Shown here in pieces: positions 10,329 through 18,193 of a stretch of 64,000 nucleotides of DNA. The first letter of the stretch is position 1, and the number at the start of each line of letters is the position of its first letter. The notes under the pieces were generated by a model. The model did no database searches, was not told where the DNA came from, and saw nothing but the letters and a program-made list of their open reading frames with translations. The translations under genes and the position numbers were made by a program. This DNA comes from a virus. Taxonomy: Duplodnaviria; Heunggongvirae; Uroviricota; Caudoviricetes. The stretch lies in IMG/VR virus record IMGVR_UViG_3300031417_000415; one strand, 5' to 3'.

Positions 10329-10452
10329 CGGCCTCGACGCCGTCCAGAACAGTGTCCGGCACCGGCCGGGCAGGGTGCTTCTCCGCGAATGCGTTGAAGG
10401 CGTCTCCTCAAGGTGGGGGGAAAATGAAGTGAACAGTCGAAAGGAATACATC

Positions 10453-10803
10453 ATGAGCAAGCCCATCCCAGCATCGGTCGAAGCCAACCGCGCCAAGTTC
10501 CGCGAGCAGGGCGTCGCCAACAAGGCCGCACGCGCGACCGCACACGCCGATCTGATCGCCTCGCAGAAGCTCGTCGGCCAGGGCAACCGCGAGAGCCGCG
10601 CCTCGAACCTGTCGGCCAACGTCGAGAAGTTCCGCGCGATCGGCGTCGAGAACGCACCGCTGAAGGCGCAGGCCAAGGCCGACCGCATCGCCGGCGCGAC
10701 CGCGCGCAACGAGCAGCTCAAGGCCGAGGCCGCAGAGCGCAAGTCGGCGCGCATGTCGGCACACGCCGAGCGCAACGCGTCGATGAAGAAGGTCGCCGCG
10801 TAA
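10453..10803 (+). CDS. small Ala/Lys/Arg-rich helical protein, paralog A (internal two-fold repeat)
   Basis: about 75% identical to the 29762..30109 product; same upstream GGAAAATGAAG element and same downstream hairpins. Confidence 0.5.
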   Translation: MSKPIPASVEANRAKFREQGVANKAARATAHADLIASQKLVGQGNRESRASNLSANVEKFRAIGVENAPLKAQAKADRIAGATARNEQLKAEAAERKSARMSAHAERNASMKKVAA

Positions 10804-10813
10804 GCGGGCCTCA

Positions 10814-10874
10814 GGAGCCGCCATAGCGCGGCTCCTGTCATCGCCGGGGCGCCGTCCGTTCATGGACGGCGTCC
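10814..10874 (+). terminator. double hairpin (GGAGCCGC..GCGGCTCC and GGCGCCGTCC..GGACGGCGTCC)
   Basis: two GC-rich inverted repeats directly after the stop codon. Confidence 0.4.
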
Positions 10875-11090
10875 TTTCCAAGTCCACGCCGGCGGCCGCC
10901 TCATCTCGGCCGTTCCCTTCTCACCTCCGGCGTGGGCTCTGGAAGGACGTCTACCCGCAGGGCCTGGCCCTGCGGGAGGCCCCTTGCTTTTTCCGGACCA
11001 CCGGAAAACCGGCACGGCATCCGGGACGATGCCGTCCATGCTCTCTCCGGCAGGAGAAGGCTCGAAGACGACCAGCGAAAGGGAAAAGAA

Positions 11091-11483
11091 ATGCTTCTCT
11101 ACCGTGCACAGTCCGTGCCTTCCGGCCTGAAGATCCGCAGTCCTCAGGACAACGCGCCCGCCACGCGCGCACGCGGGCGCTGGTTCACCGAGGACCTGGA
11201 GTCCGCGTACCGGCATGCGGAACGCATCGAGGGACCGCGGCGGATCGTCTGCATCGAGCTCGCCGACGACGTCGCGGAGACCTTCCGCGTCGCGACGACC
11301 CCGGTCACGCCCTGCGGCCTGGAGCCTATCCATCATTCGGCGGCGCCCATGAGCGACTTCGTGATTCCGCGCTTCTTCGCCGATCAGGCGGAGATCGTCG
11401 AGGCCGTGGCAGACGAGGACGCCACCAGGGTGGTCAGCGTCGACTTCGGATACGTCGCGTTCGCGGACCGTCAGGCCGCCTGA
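11091..11483 (+). CDS. hypothetical protein
   Basis: conserved GAAAGGGAAAAGAA-ATG motif. Confidence 0.45.
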   Translation: MLLYRAQSVPSGLKIRSPQDNAPATRARGRWFTEDLESAYRHAERIEGPRRIVCIELADDVAETFRVATTPVTPCGLEPIHHSAAPMSDFVIPRFFADQAEIVEAVADEDATRVVSVDFGYVAFADRQAA

Positions 11484-11578
11484 CCAGGACGCCGTCCGCA
11501 TGGGCGGCAGGAAGAGGCGGATTCCGCCTCGAGGAGACCGCGCGCAGAGGCGCGACGGCGACCGGAGAAGGGGACATC

Positions 11579-11953
11579 ATGTACGTTCCGGACGAGCAGA
11601 CGACGGCGATCTACCGCGACGCCATCGTGGCAATGGGATTCTCGCTCCAGCATGCGGCGCTGGTGCAGGTGGACGTGGCGCAGCGCCCCGGCCCGCCAAA
11701 GGCGGACATGCCGTCGTACCGCGTGACGACGGGCACCGAGGTGACGCGTCGCGGCGAGAAGGTGCGACGCGCGCTCATGCTGTGGTACGTCTACGACCAT
11801 GGCGGCGTGCTGGAGGAGGCACGCGACCGCGACGCGATCGCCGTGATGCTGACCGAGACCATGTCCTATCTGCCCGGTCCGGTCCGAAACACGCTTCCGC
11901 CGCCGCCCGCGTGGGCGCAGGCCGTGAAGACTCAGGCGCGTCGCGCCGCCTAG
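11579..11953 (+). CDS. hypothetical protein
   Basis: RBS GGAGAAGGGGA. Confidence 0.4.
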   Translation: MYVPDEQTTAIYRDAIVAMGFSLQHAALVQVDVAQRPGPPKADMPSYRVTTGTEVTRRGEKVRRALMLWYVYDHGGVLEEARDRDAIAVMLTETMSYLPGPVRNTLPPPPAWAQAVKTQARRAA

Positions 11954-12333
11954 AAAAGCGACGACAGTCGCCTGCATCCATCTCTGCGCTGAGCTTGGAG
12001 ATTCGGAAAGACCGTGAGAAGGGAAAACCAGATCAGGGTCGATCCTCGTCGAAGCAACGCGATGGAGGTGGTCATGAAAGATCGACTTCGTGCGCTGGCT
12101 GCGGCGGCCCAGACGGGTCTCTGGACAACAGAGCTCCGTCAGGGCCCTCCGTAGCTGCGGGCACTGTATCCACAAGGCAGGCGCATGCATGCACCTGCTG
12201 GCTTAACGGGTTCGTGCCCATAGGGCGCGGTACCGCTTCACAGACCGGGCGGGGGAGAGATCCCACGCCCGGTCGACCCCTTTAATCTATGGCTCCGGCC
12301 CGGAAAACCCGGCCGCTGCGACGGAGACCCAAC

Positions 12334-12999
12334 ATGGCCGGACACACACGCACTGACCTGCCGCGCGGCATGCGACGCCTCGTCATCCGCGACGAGACCT
12401 GGGGCTGGCGCTTCGGCCGCGAGGTCCCCATCGTCGCACCGGACGGACGACGCTTCAAGGTGGACCTCAGGGACCTCACGGGCCTGGACTGGAACGAGAT
12501 CGAGCGCGGCACCCACAAGCGGTACTTCTCGGCCGAGCCGCAGCGGGTCGTCTCCTACATCGACCGCACGCTGCTGGGCTATACCGACGTCGCGGGCTTT
12601 CCGCGCGGGGCGCTGCCCGGCAACTGGCAGCCTGCACTGCGCAGGGGCTGGATCGGCGTCCATGGACCACGAGGTCTCTGGCAGTGGAAGCCTCATCCCT
12701 GGGTAATCCATCTGCGCAGTCCCGAAGACGTCTCCACCATGACCCGCATCTACCATCTCCTCGACATGCCCGTGGACGAGTGGGCCGACATCAAGGCCGC
12801 CGCGATCGTCGCCGCAGGATCGACCGTCGACGCGGAGATTCGCCGCGGACGGCAGAAGGACATGCGTTCCAGCGTCGAGGGGTTCTTCGGATGGGAGGGA
12901 CCGGGTCTTCCCCGCCCCACCGAGAAGCAGGTGCTGGCCTATATCGGCCGGCTGATCGAGGGGAAGTCCGAGCGTGAGAAGACGAGAGAAGCCGCTTGA
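12334..12999 (+). CDS. hypothetical protein
   Basis: ORF with GGAGAC RBS; Trp-rich. Confidence 0.4.
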   Translation: MAGHTRTDLPRGMRRLVIRDETWGWRFGREVPIVAPDGRRFKVDLRDLTGLDWNEIERGTHKRYFSAEPQRVVSYIDRTLLGYTDVAGFPRGALPGNWQPALRRGWIGVHGPRGLWQWKPHPWVIHLRSPEDVSTMTRIYHLLDMPVDEWADIKAAAIVAAGSTVDAEIRRGRQKDMRSSVEGFFGWEGPGLPRPTEKQVLAYIGRLIEGKSEREKTREAA

Positions 13000-13180
13000 C
13001 ATCCTCCCCCAGCTGAAGCCTGGGGGATTCCTATAGCTAGCCGCTAAGGGCGTCCAACGGTCATGCGGCGAGCTTGCACTCGCCGCGTATTCCCATTGAA
13101 CCTTCCTGCTTCCTTCGGAGCCATTCGGCCCCGTTCTTCGCCGGTTGCACATCGTCCTTACGAACGATGCGTCCTACATC
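12990..13180 (-). ncRNA. candidate TnpB omega-RNA (overlaps tnpB 3' end and right-end hairpin)
   Basis: inference from IS200/IS605 architecture; right-end hairpin CCCCCAGCTGAAGCCTGGGGG lies just past the tnpB stop. Confidence 0.25.
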
Positions 13181-14390
13181 GACTCCACAGGCCTTCCGCC
13201 GTTCGGCGAGGATCGCAAGTCCTGCGACCCTTATGTTGATGGCGGCGTTGACGTCCCGGTCGTGGGCCACGCCGCACGACGGACACGTCCAGGCACGAAC
13301 GTCGAGAGCCATCTCCGCCATCCGATGCCCGCAGCCGGAGCATTTCTTGCTCGAAGGCTCCCACTGCGAGATCCTGACGATCTCGCGCCCATACCACGCC
13401 GCCTTGTACTCGAGCTGCCGCACGAACTCGCCCCAGGCCGCATCGGAGATGGACAAAGCCAGCTTCCGGTTCCTGACCATGGCACTCGCCCGTAGCGTCT
13501 CAATGCAGATCACCTGGTTCTCGGCGATCAGCTTCGACGACAGCTTGTGGAGGAAATCCAGCCGAACCCTGCGCACGCGCGCGTGGACACGCGCGACCTT
13601 CCTCCTGCTCTTCTCCCTGTTCCTGCCGCCCTTGGCCTTGCGGGCGTGATCACGTTGCGCTCTCGCCAGACGATCGAGCGACTTCCTCAGCGCTCTAGGT
13701 GCATCGATGCGACTGCCCCGATCGTCCATGACGTAGTTGGTGAGGCCAAGATCGACGCCGATGGCGTCACGGCCGCCTGCGGCGGCCGAGGTCTCGACCT
13801 CGACCTTCAGCGACACCCACCAGGTGCCGTCCGGCTCGAGACTGATGGTCATGGTGCTGGGGTCGCCCCAGAACACCTGCGTCCAGACGAGGTTCAGCGG
13901 CTGCTTCGACTTGGCCATCGTCAGGACCTTGCCGTCCCAGCCGAAGGCGGAGGCCGTGAACTCCGCCGACTGACGGAGACGACGCTTCATGAAGCTCGGA
14001 TAGCCGACCTTGCGGCCGGCCGGGGCCTTGCACCATCTGAAGAACTTCCTGAACGCCCCTTCGAGATGCCGCAGCTTCTGCTGCAGCGGCACGCAGCTGA
14101 CCTCGTTCAACCAGACGAACGCGGGGTCCTTCTTCCACTCGGTGAGCAGCGCGGACATGTCCGCATAGGACATGCCCTTCTTCTCTTCGCGCCAGCGGCG
14201 CGAGCGCTCCGCGATCATCCGATTCACGACCCAGCGTTCGCACCCGAAGGTGCGAACGAGCAGAGCCGCCTGCTCGGCAGTCGGGTAGTAGCGATAGCGA
14301 AGGCCACAGATCTGCTTCACGAAGATCGTGTTATCCTGTTTTCCTGAAAAGGAAAACGCATTCCTCCCCCGGCTGAAGCCTGGGGTATCC
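13000..14390 (-). mobile_element. IS200/IS605-family (IS1341-like) insertion sequence carrying only tnpB
   Basis: near-identical 27 bp subterminal hairpin-forming direct repeats TCCTCCCCCRGCTGAAGCCTGGGGKAT at 13002-13028 and 14362-14388 flank a TnpB gene; no TnpA. Confidence 0.6.
13061..14320 (-). CDS. tnpB: TnpB (OrfB_IS605) RNA-guided RuvC nuclease with zinc finger
   Basis: N-terminus MKQICGLRYRYYPTAEQAALLVRTFGCERWVVN, RuvC motifs, CSGCGHR...CPSCG zinc finger and NAAINI RuvC-III motif. Confidence 0.8.
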   Translation of the reverse strand: MKQICGLRYRYYPTAEQAALLVRTFGCERWVVNRMIAERSRRWREEKKGMSYADMSALLTEWKKDPAFVWLNEVSCVPLQQKLRHLEGAFRKFFRWCKAPAGRKVGYPSFMKRRLRQSAEFTASAFGWDGKVLTMAKSKQPLNLVWTQVFWGDPSTMTISLEPDGTWWVSLKVEVETSAAAGGRDAIGVDLGLTNYVMDDRGSRIDAPRALRKSLDRLARAQRDHARKAKGGRNREKSRRKVARVHARVRRVRLDFLHKLSSKLIAENQVICIETLRASAMVRNRKLALSISDAAWGEFVRQLEYKAAWYGREIVRISQWEPSSKKCSGCGHRMAEMALDVRAWTCPSCGVAHDRDVNAAINIRVAGLAILAERRKACGVDVGRIVRKDDVQPAKNGAEWLRRKQEGSMGIRGECKLAA

Positions 14391-14403
14391 TGCGGAGATT
14401 ATT

Positions 14404-14628
14404 ATGATCATCACGGGACCCGCAAACGACAACGCCGCGCAGACGGAACTCGAACGGGCGATCGGCGAGTCCCCGGGCCCGATGTCCGGCGATCCGTGGT
14501 GGCAGAGACGACGGCATCTGACGATGATGGAGTACGGCGCGATGCGCGCAGTCGACGGCGAGCCGCTCTGGCCGGCGGCCGCCGAGTATCTGCGCCACCA
14601 GAACGACATGGACAGGTTCCTGCCATAG
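14404..14628 (+). CDS. hypothetical protein (74 aa)
   Basis: start 15 nt past the IS left end, RBS GGAGA. Confidence 0.25.
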   Translation: MIITGPANDNAAQTELERAIGESPGPMSGDPWWQRRRHLTMMEYGAMRAVDGEPLWPAAAEYLRHQNDMDRFLP

Positions 14629-14690
14629 ACGCAGCCCCGTTTCTGGGCACCATCAGGAACGGGTTGAATCACGCCCGGATCGGGCTGTAA

Positions 14691-14702
14691 TTTTCAGGAT
14701 AG
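14691..14702 (+). promoter_or_regulatory. TTTTCAGGATAG copy of the recurring TTTCAGGATGA motif in an AT-rich stretch
   Basis: one of six or seven copies, all 50-200 nt upstream of start codons. Confidence 0.3.
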
Positions 14703-14761
14703 CTCTTGCGCGGTTAACCATTTCGAGGTATTACTTCGTTAACCCCAGCAGGAGTACCGTC

Positions 14762-14917
14762 ATGCACTACGCAGCCATCGATCGCTCCACCAGCACCCCG
14801 GCTCCGGCACCGCGGGAACTGCGCCGCTACTCGCCGCGCATGACGCTGGCCATCCTGACGGGCATCTCGCTCACGAGCTGGTCTCTCATCATCATGGGTA
14901 TCCGCTCGGTCATCTGA
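14762..14917 (+). CDS. small membrane peptide (51 aa)
   Basis: RBS AGCAGGAG; hydrophobic C-terminus; followed by a canonical terminator. Confidence 0.25.
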   Translation: MHYAAIDRSTSTPAPAPRELRRYSPRMTLAILTGISLTSWSLIIMGIRSVI

Positions 14918-14943
14918 TCGCCTGCTCAGGTTACATCCATCAA

Positions 14944-14964
14944 GGGCCCTCCGGGGCCCTTTTT
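14944..14964 (+). terminator. rho-independent terminator GGGCCCTCCGGGGCCCTTTTT
   Basis: GC hairpin plus T5 run. Confidence 0.5.
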
Positions 14965-15006
14965 CGTGAGCGAGGCCCCGAAAAGACGGAAACGCTCCAC
15001 GGACGA

Positions 15007-15018
15007 TTTTCAGGATGA
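15007..15018 (+). promoter_or_regulatory. TTTTCAGGATGA motif copy
   Basis: recurring motif. Confidence 0.3.
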
Positions 15019-15212
15019 CACGGACCGATATCAACGGGTAGCATTGCGGATGGCCTACGGAAGGGAAAAGACCCGGAATCCGTCGCCGCGATGCGGCAGG
15101 CCGTCGTCGTCGCCCACGATACGGGCACCCAGCACCGCGAGCATGTCCACGGGAACCGGTCCTCCGGTACGCCCGACCGGCTGCGCGCACGTCCCCTGAA
15201 CGGAGCATCGCC

Positions 15213-16100
15213 ATGCGTACACTCGAGGAGTATTCGGTCGTCCTGCCTCCGGTCGCCTGCGCCGACGTCGCCACCATGGCGGGCCAGGCGCTCATCGTGT
15301 GCCCCGACGACGACTGCGAGATCATGGTACGCGACTATCTGTTCACGCCGTTCGGCCTCACGGCCACCATACGCTTCGACCCGAACGGCGGCATCGCCGA
15401 CAAGAAGCTCTCGGCCGGAAGCTGGCACGATCTCCTCAACGCAGCGATCGAGACGCTCGCCAGGCGTGCCGGCATCGACCAGGAGGACGAGGAGGACTGG
15501 CCCCGCATGGCGACGCTGCTCTCCGAATGGCAGACGGTACTCGACGACGCCGCTATCATCGCCGACCTGGCGTCGGAGCGGATCTTCGTCATTCCGGGCC
15601 TCGAGGGGCACGCGGACCTGCTAGGGTCGATCCTCGACGGCACCGTCACCATGGCCGAGGCGCGCGCCGCGGCGGTGAACCCGGTGGACTTCGAGAACGA
15701 CCAGTCGCTTCGCCGCAGCGGCGTCGTGATCGACGACACGTGGTCGCAGGACGAGAACGAGATCGACGAGGCGATCGCCGCCGCCGCGCTCGAGGACGAG
15801 GTCGTCCTGTTCGGCGTCCTCGACGACGAGGACCAGTTCCTGCACACCATCGGACTGTCGGAACTCGCGTGGCCCGAGATCGTGGTTCGCAATCTCGACC
15901 CGCACCTCTCGCCCTTCCTGCTGCGCACCATCGTGGCGCTGCACGAGATGGCCGGCGTCGTTCCGACGGCGGGGCGTATCCCTGACGAGATCATGCCGGG
16001 CGGACTGCGGCTCCGCGCGCTGGACCGGGCGACGGTGCACGAGGCGTTTCCCCGCGCCGACGGGGGCACGGGCATCCTCGAGGTCGTCTTCCCGCTATAG
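15213..16100 (+). CDS. hypothetical protein with DUF4262-like C-terminal region
   Basis: motif FLHTIGLSELAWPEIVV resembles DUF4262. Confidence 0.4.
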   Translation: MRTLEEYSVVLPPVACADVATMAGQALIVCPDDDCEIMVRDYLFTPFGLTATIRFDPNGGIADKKLSAGSWHDLLNAAIETLARRAGIDQEDEEDWPRMATLLSEWQTVLDDAAIIADLASERIFVIPGLEGHADLLGSILDGTVTMAEARAAAVNPVDFENDQSLRRSGVVIDDTWSQDENEIDEAIAAAALEDEVVLFGVLDDEDQFLHTIGLSELAWPEIVVRNLDPHLSPFLLRTIVALHEMAGVVPTAGRIPDEIMPGGLRLRALDRATVHEAFPRADGGTGILEVVFPL

Positions 16101-16115
16101 CCCCTGACGACGAAC

Positions 16116-16142
16116 CCCGCGCCGGCTTTCGCCGACGCGGGG
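16116..16142. terminator. bidirectional hairpin CCCCGCG...CGCGGGG between convergent genes
   Basis: 7 bp GC stem between the 16100 stop (+) and the 16172 stop (-). Confidence 0.3.
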
Positions 16143-16171
16143 CCTCCCCGTCCCAGGGATGTCTTGCCGGA

Positions 16172-17290
16172 CTACCGGCCGACCATGGCCGCAACGGCGA
16201 ACGAGCGGGTCGCAGCCTGATGGGCGACGACGCGGTCGGCGTCCTGCATGGAAGCAGACTGCCTGACGCGGGGCGGAAGAGCAATAGCGCCTATCGTCGC
16301 CGTCCTCTGCGACGGACGCGATCCCGGCATTGCGTCGCGTACCATCTGCGCCGTGAGGGCCGCCTCCACCCAGACCTTCCGGTCCTCGACCCTGTCCCGA
16401 TCCGGAATCGGCGCCGTGTCGCTCCCGGGCACGTCGCGGAAGCGCAGGCGGAGCGAGGCCTCCGACATCATGCCAATGCGGGCAGCCTCGACGGCCACCG
16501 CCGCGTGCGCCTCGCGGCTGCGGTCGACGAGCAAGGGAGCGGGCTCCCAGGTCGTCTCTACCGGCCCACGGCGATGCGAGGCCGCGCGGACGACGGCCGA
16601 CGGCGAGAGCAGGCCCTGCCGGGCGGCGGCATGCTCGGCGCGCAGAGCGTCCTCCATCCACCTGCGCCGCTCCTCGCCGCGGTCCGGCATGGGCACGAAC
16701 GACGCGATGGGCATGTCGCGGAAGCGGTCCTGGATCACGCCCGTGCTCTGACGCTCCAGCATCTCGGATTCCGCCGCCACGCGCTCGTCGAGCCGGCGGC
16801 CGTCCTTCATGAAGTCCACGACGCGGCCCGTCACGTCGGCCCTGAGGGCGAAGGTGCGCTCGGGAAAGTTCGACGGGACGGTCTCGTCGGAGGCGAGCCG
16901 GCTGACGACCTGGCGGTCGATCGCGTCCAGGACCTGCGGACCGGCCTCGCCCTTGGGCGTCATGTAGTCGCCGTCACGCGACAGCGCCTCGAACATCTTG
17001 CGGTCGGTCCAGCCGTCGCGGCCGGGGCCCGGCAGCGGCACGAGGGCCTCGCTCTCGAAGCCGAAGGGCTGCCCCATGCTGCGCACCGCCTCGGCAGGCG
17101 TCATGTCCGCCGTGTGCCGCCTGAGTCTCATCATGATGGCGACCAGGCTGGCCTGATGCGGATCGAGACCGGCGGGCGCGGTCCACTCGGCATCGCTCTG
17201 GAGACGGGTCTCCGCGACCGGCTGCTCGGGCATCGCGGCCTGCTCCCTGGCGCCGGTGAGCCGTTCCTTCAGCCTTCCCACAAAACCCAT
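16172..17290 (-). CDS. hypothetical protein (372 aa), minus strand
   Basis: protein-like composition (E, D, K, M, F) against an R/G-rich spurious sense-strand ORF; divergent from the 17372 gene. Confidence 0.5.
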   Translation of the reverse strand: MGFVGRLKERLTGAREQAAMPEQPVAETRLQSDAEWTAPAGLDPHQASLVAIMMRLRRHTADMTPAEAVRSMGQPFGFESEALVPLPGPGRDGWTDRKMFEALSRDGDYMTPKGEAGPQVLDAIDRQVVSRLASDETVPSNFPERTFALRADVTGRVVDFMKDGRRLDERVAAESEMLERQSTGVIQDRFRDMPIASFVPMPDRGEERRRWMEDALRAEHAAARQGLLSPSAVVRAASHRRGPVETTWEPAPLLVDRSREAHAAVAVEAARIGMMSEASLRLRFRDVPGSDTAPIPDRDRVEDRKVWVEAALTAQMVRDAMPGSRPSQRTATIGAIALPPRVRQSASMQDADRVVAHQAATRSFAVAAMVGR

Positions 17291-17310
17291 GTCGCATGTC
17301 CCGATTGCAA

Positions 17311-17321
17311 TTTCAGGATGA
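17311..17321 (+). promoter_or_regulatory. TTTCAGGATGA motif in a divergent intergenic region
   Basis: recurring motif. Confidence 0.3.
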
Positions 17322-17371
17322 TTGTCGCATGCGCCCCGGCATCCATCAACCTCAATGACTCGGAAACGACG

Positions 17372-17674
17372 ATGAGCGTCGACCTCGTGCGCCTGCTGGC
17401 CTCCTCCCTGATCGCCCTCGTGGCGACGACCACGGTCGTATGGCTGCTGCGTCGGCCCTCCGGGCGACGCTCGATCATCCTGGGCTGCACCCTCTCGCTG
17501 GCCTGCATGTCGGTGCCTGCCATGGTAATGGCGTTCGGCCCCCTTCCCGAGACCGAGAGCGTGATCGGCCGTGCCTCGGCGATCATCCCGCCAGCAGAGC
17601 CGTACCGGGAGGTGCCACCCCCAAGCCGACGGGGAGACGTCATCCTGCTCAGGCCGGCATCTGTCTCACGGTAG
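17372..17674 (+). CDS. small membrane protein (100 aa)
   Basis: C-terminal part of a long spurious ORF; two TM helices; followed by a hairpin. Confidence 0.35.
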   Translation: MSVDLVRLLASSLIALVATTTVVWLLRRPSGRRSIILGCTLSLACMSVPAMVMAFGPLPETESVIGRASAIIPPAEPYREVPPPSRRGDVILLRPASVSR

Positions 17675-17675
17675 C

Positions 17676-17698
17676 GCTCGCGTCGATCTGACGCGAGC
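17676..17698 (+). terminator. 9 bp perfect hairpin GCTCGCGTC-GATCT-GACGCGAGC
   Basis: immediately after the stop at 17674. Confidence 0.35.
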
Positions 17699-17895
17699 AT
17701 GATCAGGAAGATGGGGCGGGTGGCTTCTCCGGCATCGCCTTCGATCCGGGGGGAGGTCTGGGGCTTACGTGCGCCATTCGGGGGAGAAGTCTGCGCCGTA
17801 GTTCGGGGTGCCGGAGAAGCCGTGCCCCGATTAGCACGACGGTCCATCCTATCAACCGTGATGCGACGAACCGAACGAAAAAGCAGGAGGAACAT

Positions 17896-18162
17896 GTGGT
17901 GCTCGATCCGAGAACGTTCCTGGGCCAGTGCGTGGCCGGCACCCAGGGGCCCGACGACGTCGACGACTGGATCGACCGGTGGCACGACGGCGACTCGAAG
18001 GTCGAACTGCACGAGTATCTCGGCATGACATGGGAGGAGTACGCCAACTTCGGGCTCGCCCACGACGCGCTCCCCCACATCGTCGAGATCAGACGCCTGG
18101 TGGAGAAGGGACGCGCCGACATGCTGCATGGCCTCGCGAAGATCACCGGACGGGCGAACTAG
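17896..18162 (+). CDS. hypothetical protein (GTG start)
   Basis: AGGAGG RBS 5 nt upstream of GTG. Confidence 0.35.
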   Translation: MVLDPRTFLGQCVAGTQGPDDVDDWIDRWHDGDSKVELHEYLGMTWEEYANFGLAHDALPHIVEIRRLVEKGRADMLHGLAKITGRAN

Positions 18163-18193
18163 GCGCGAACGGACAGAGAGAAGGAAAACCAGG

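Noticed and set aside
12200-12270. possible tRNA (GGTTCG-like T-arm, 12225-12237)
   Set aside because: No 7 bp acceptor stem, no conserved A58 in the putative T-loop, and the anticodon arm could not be folded. Probably coincidental.
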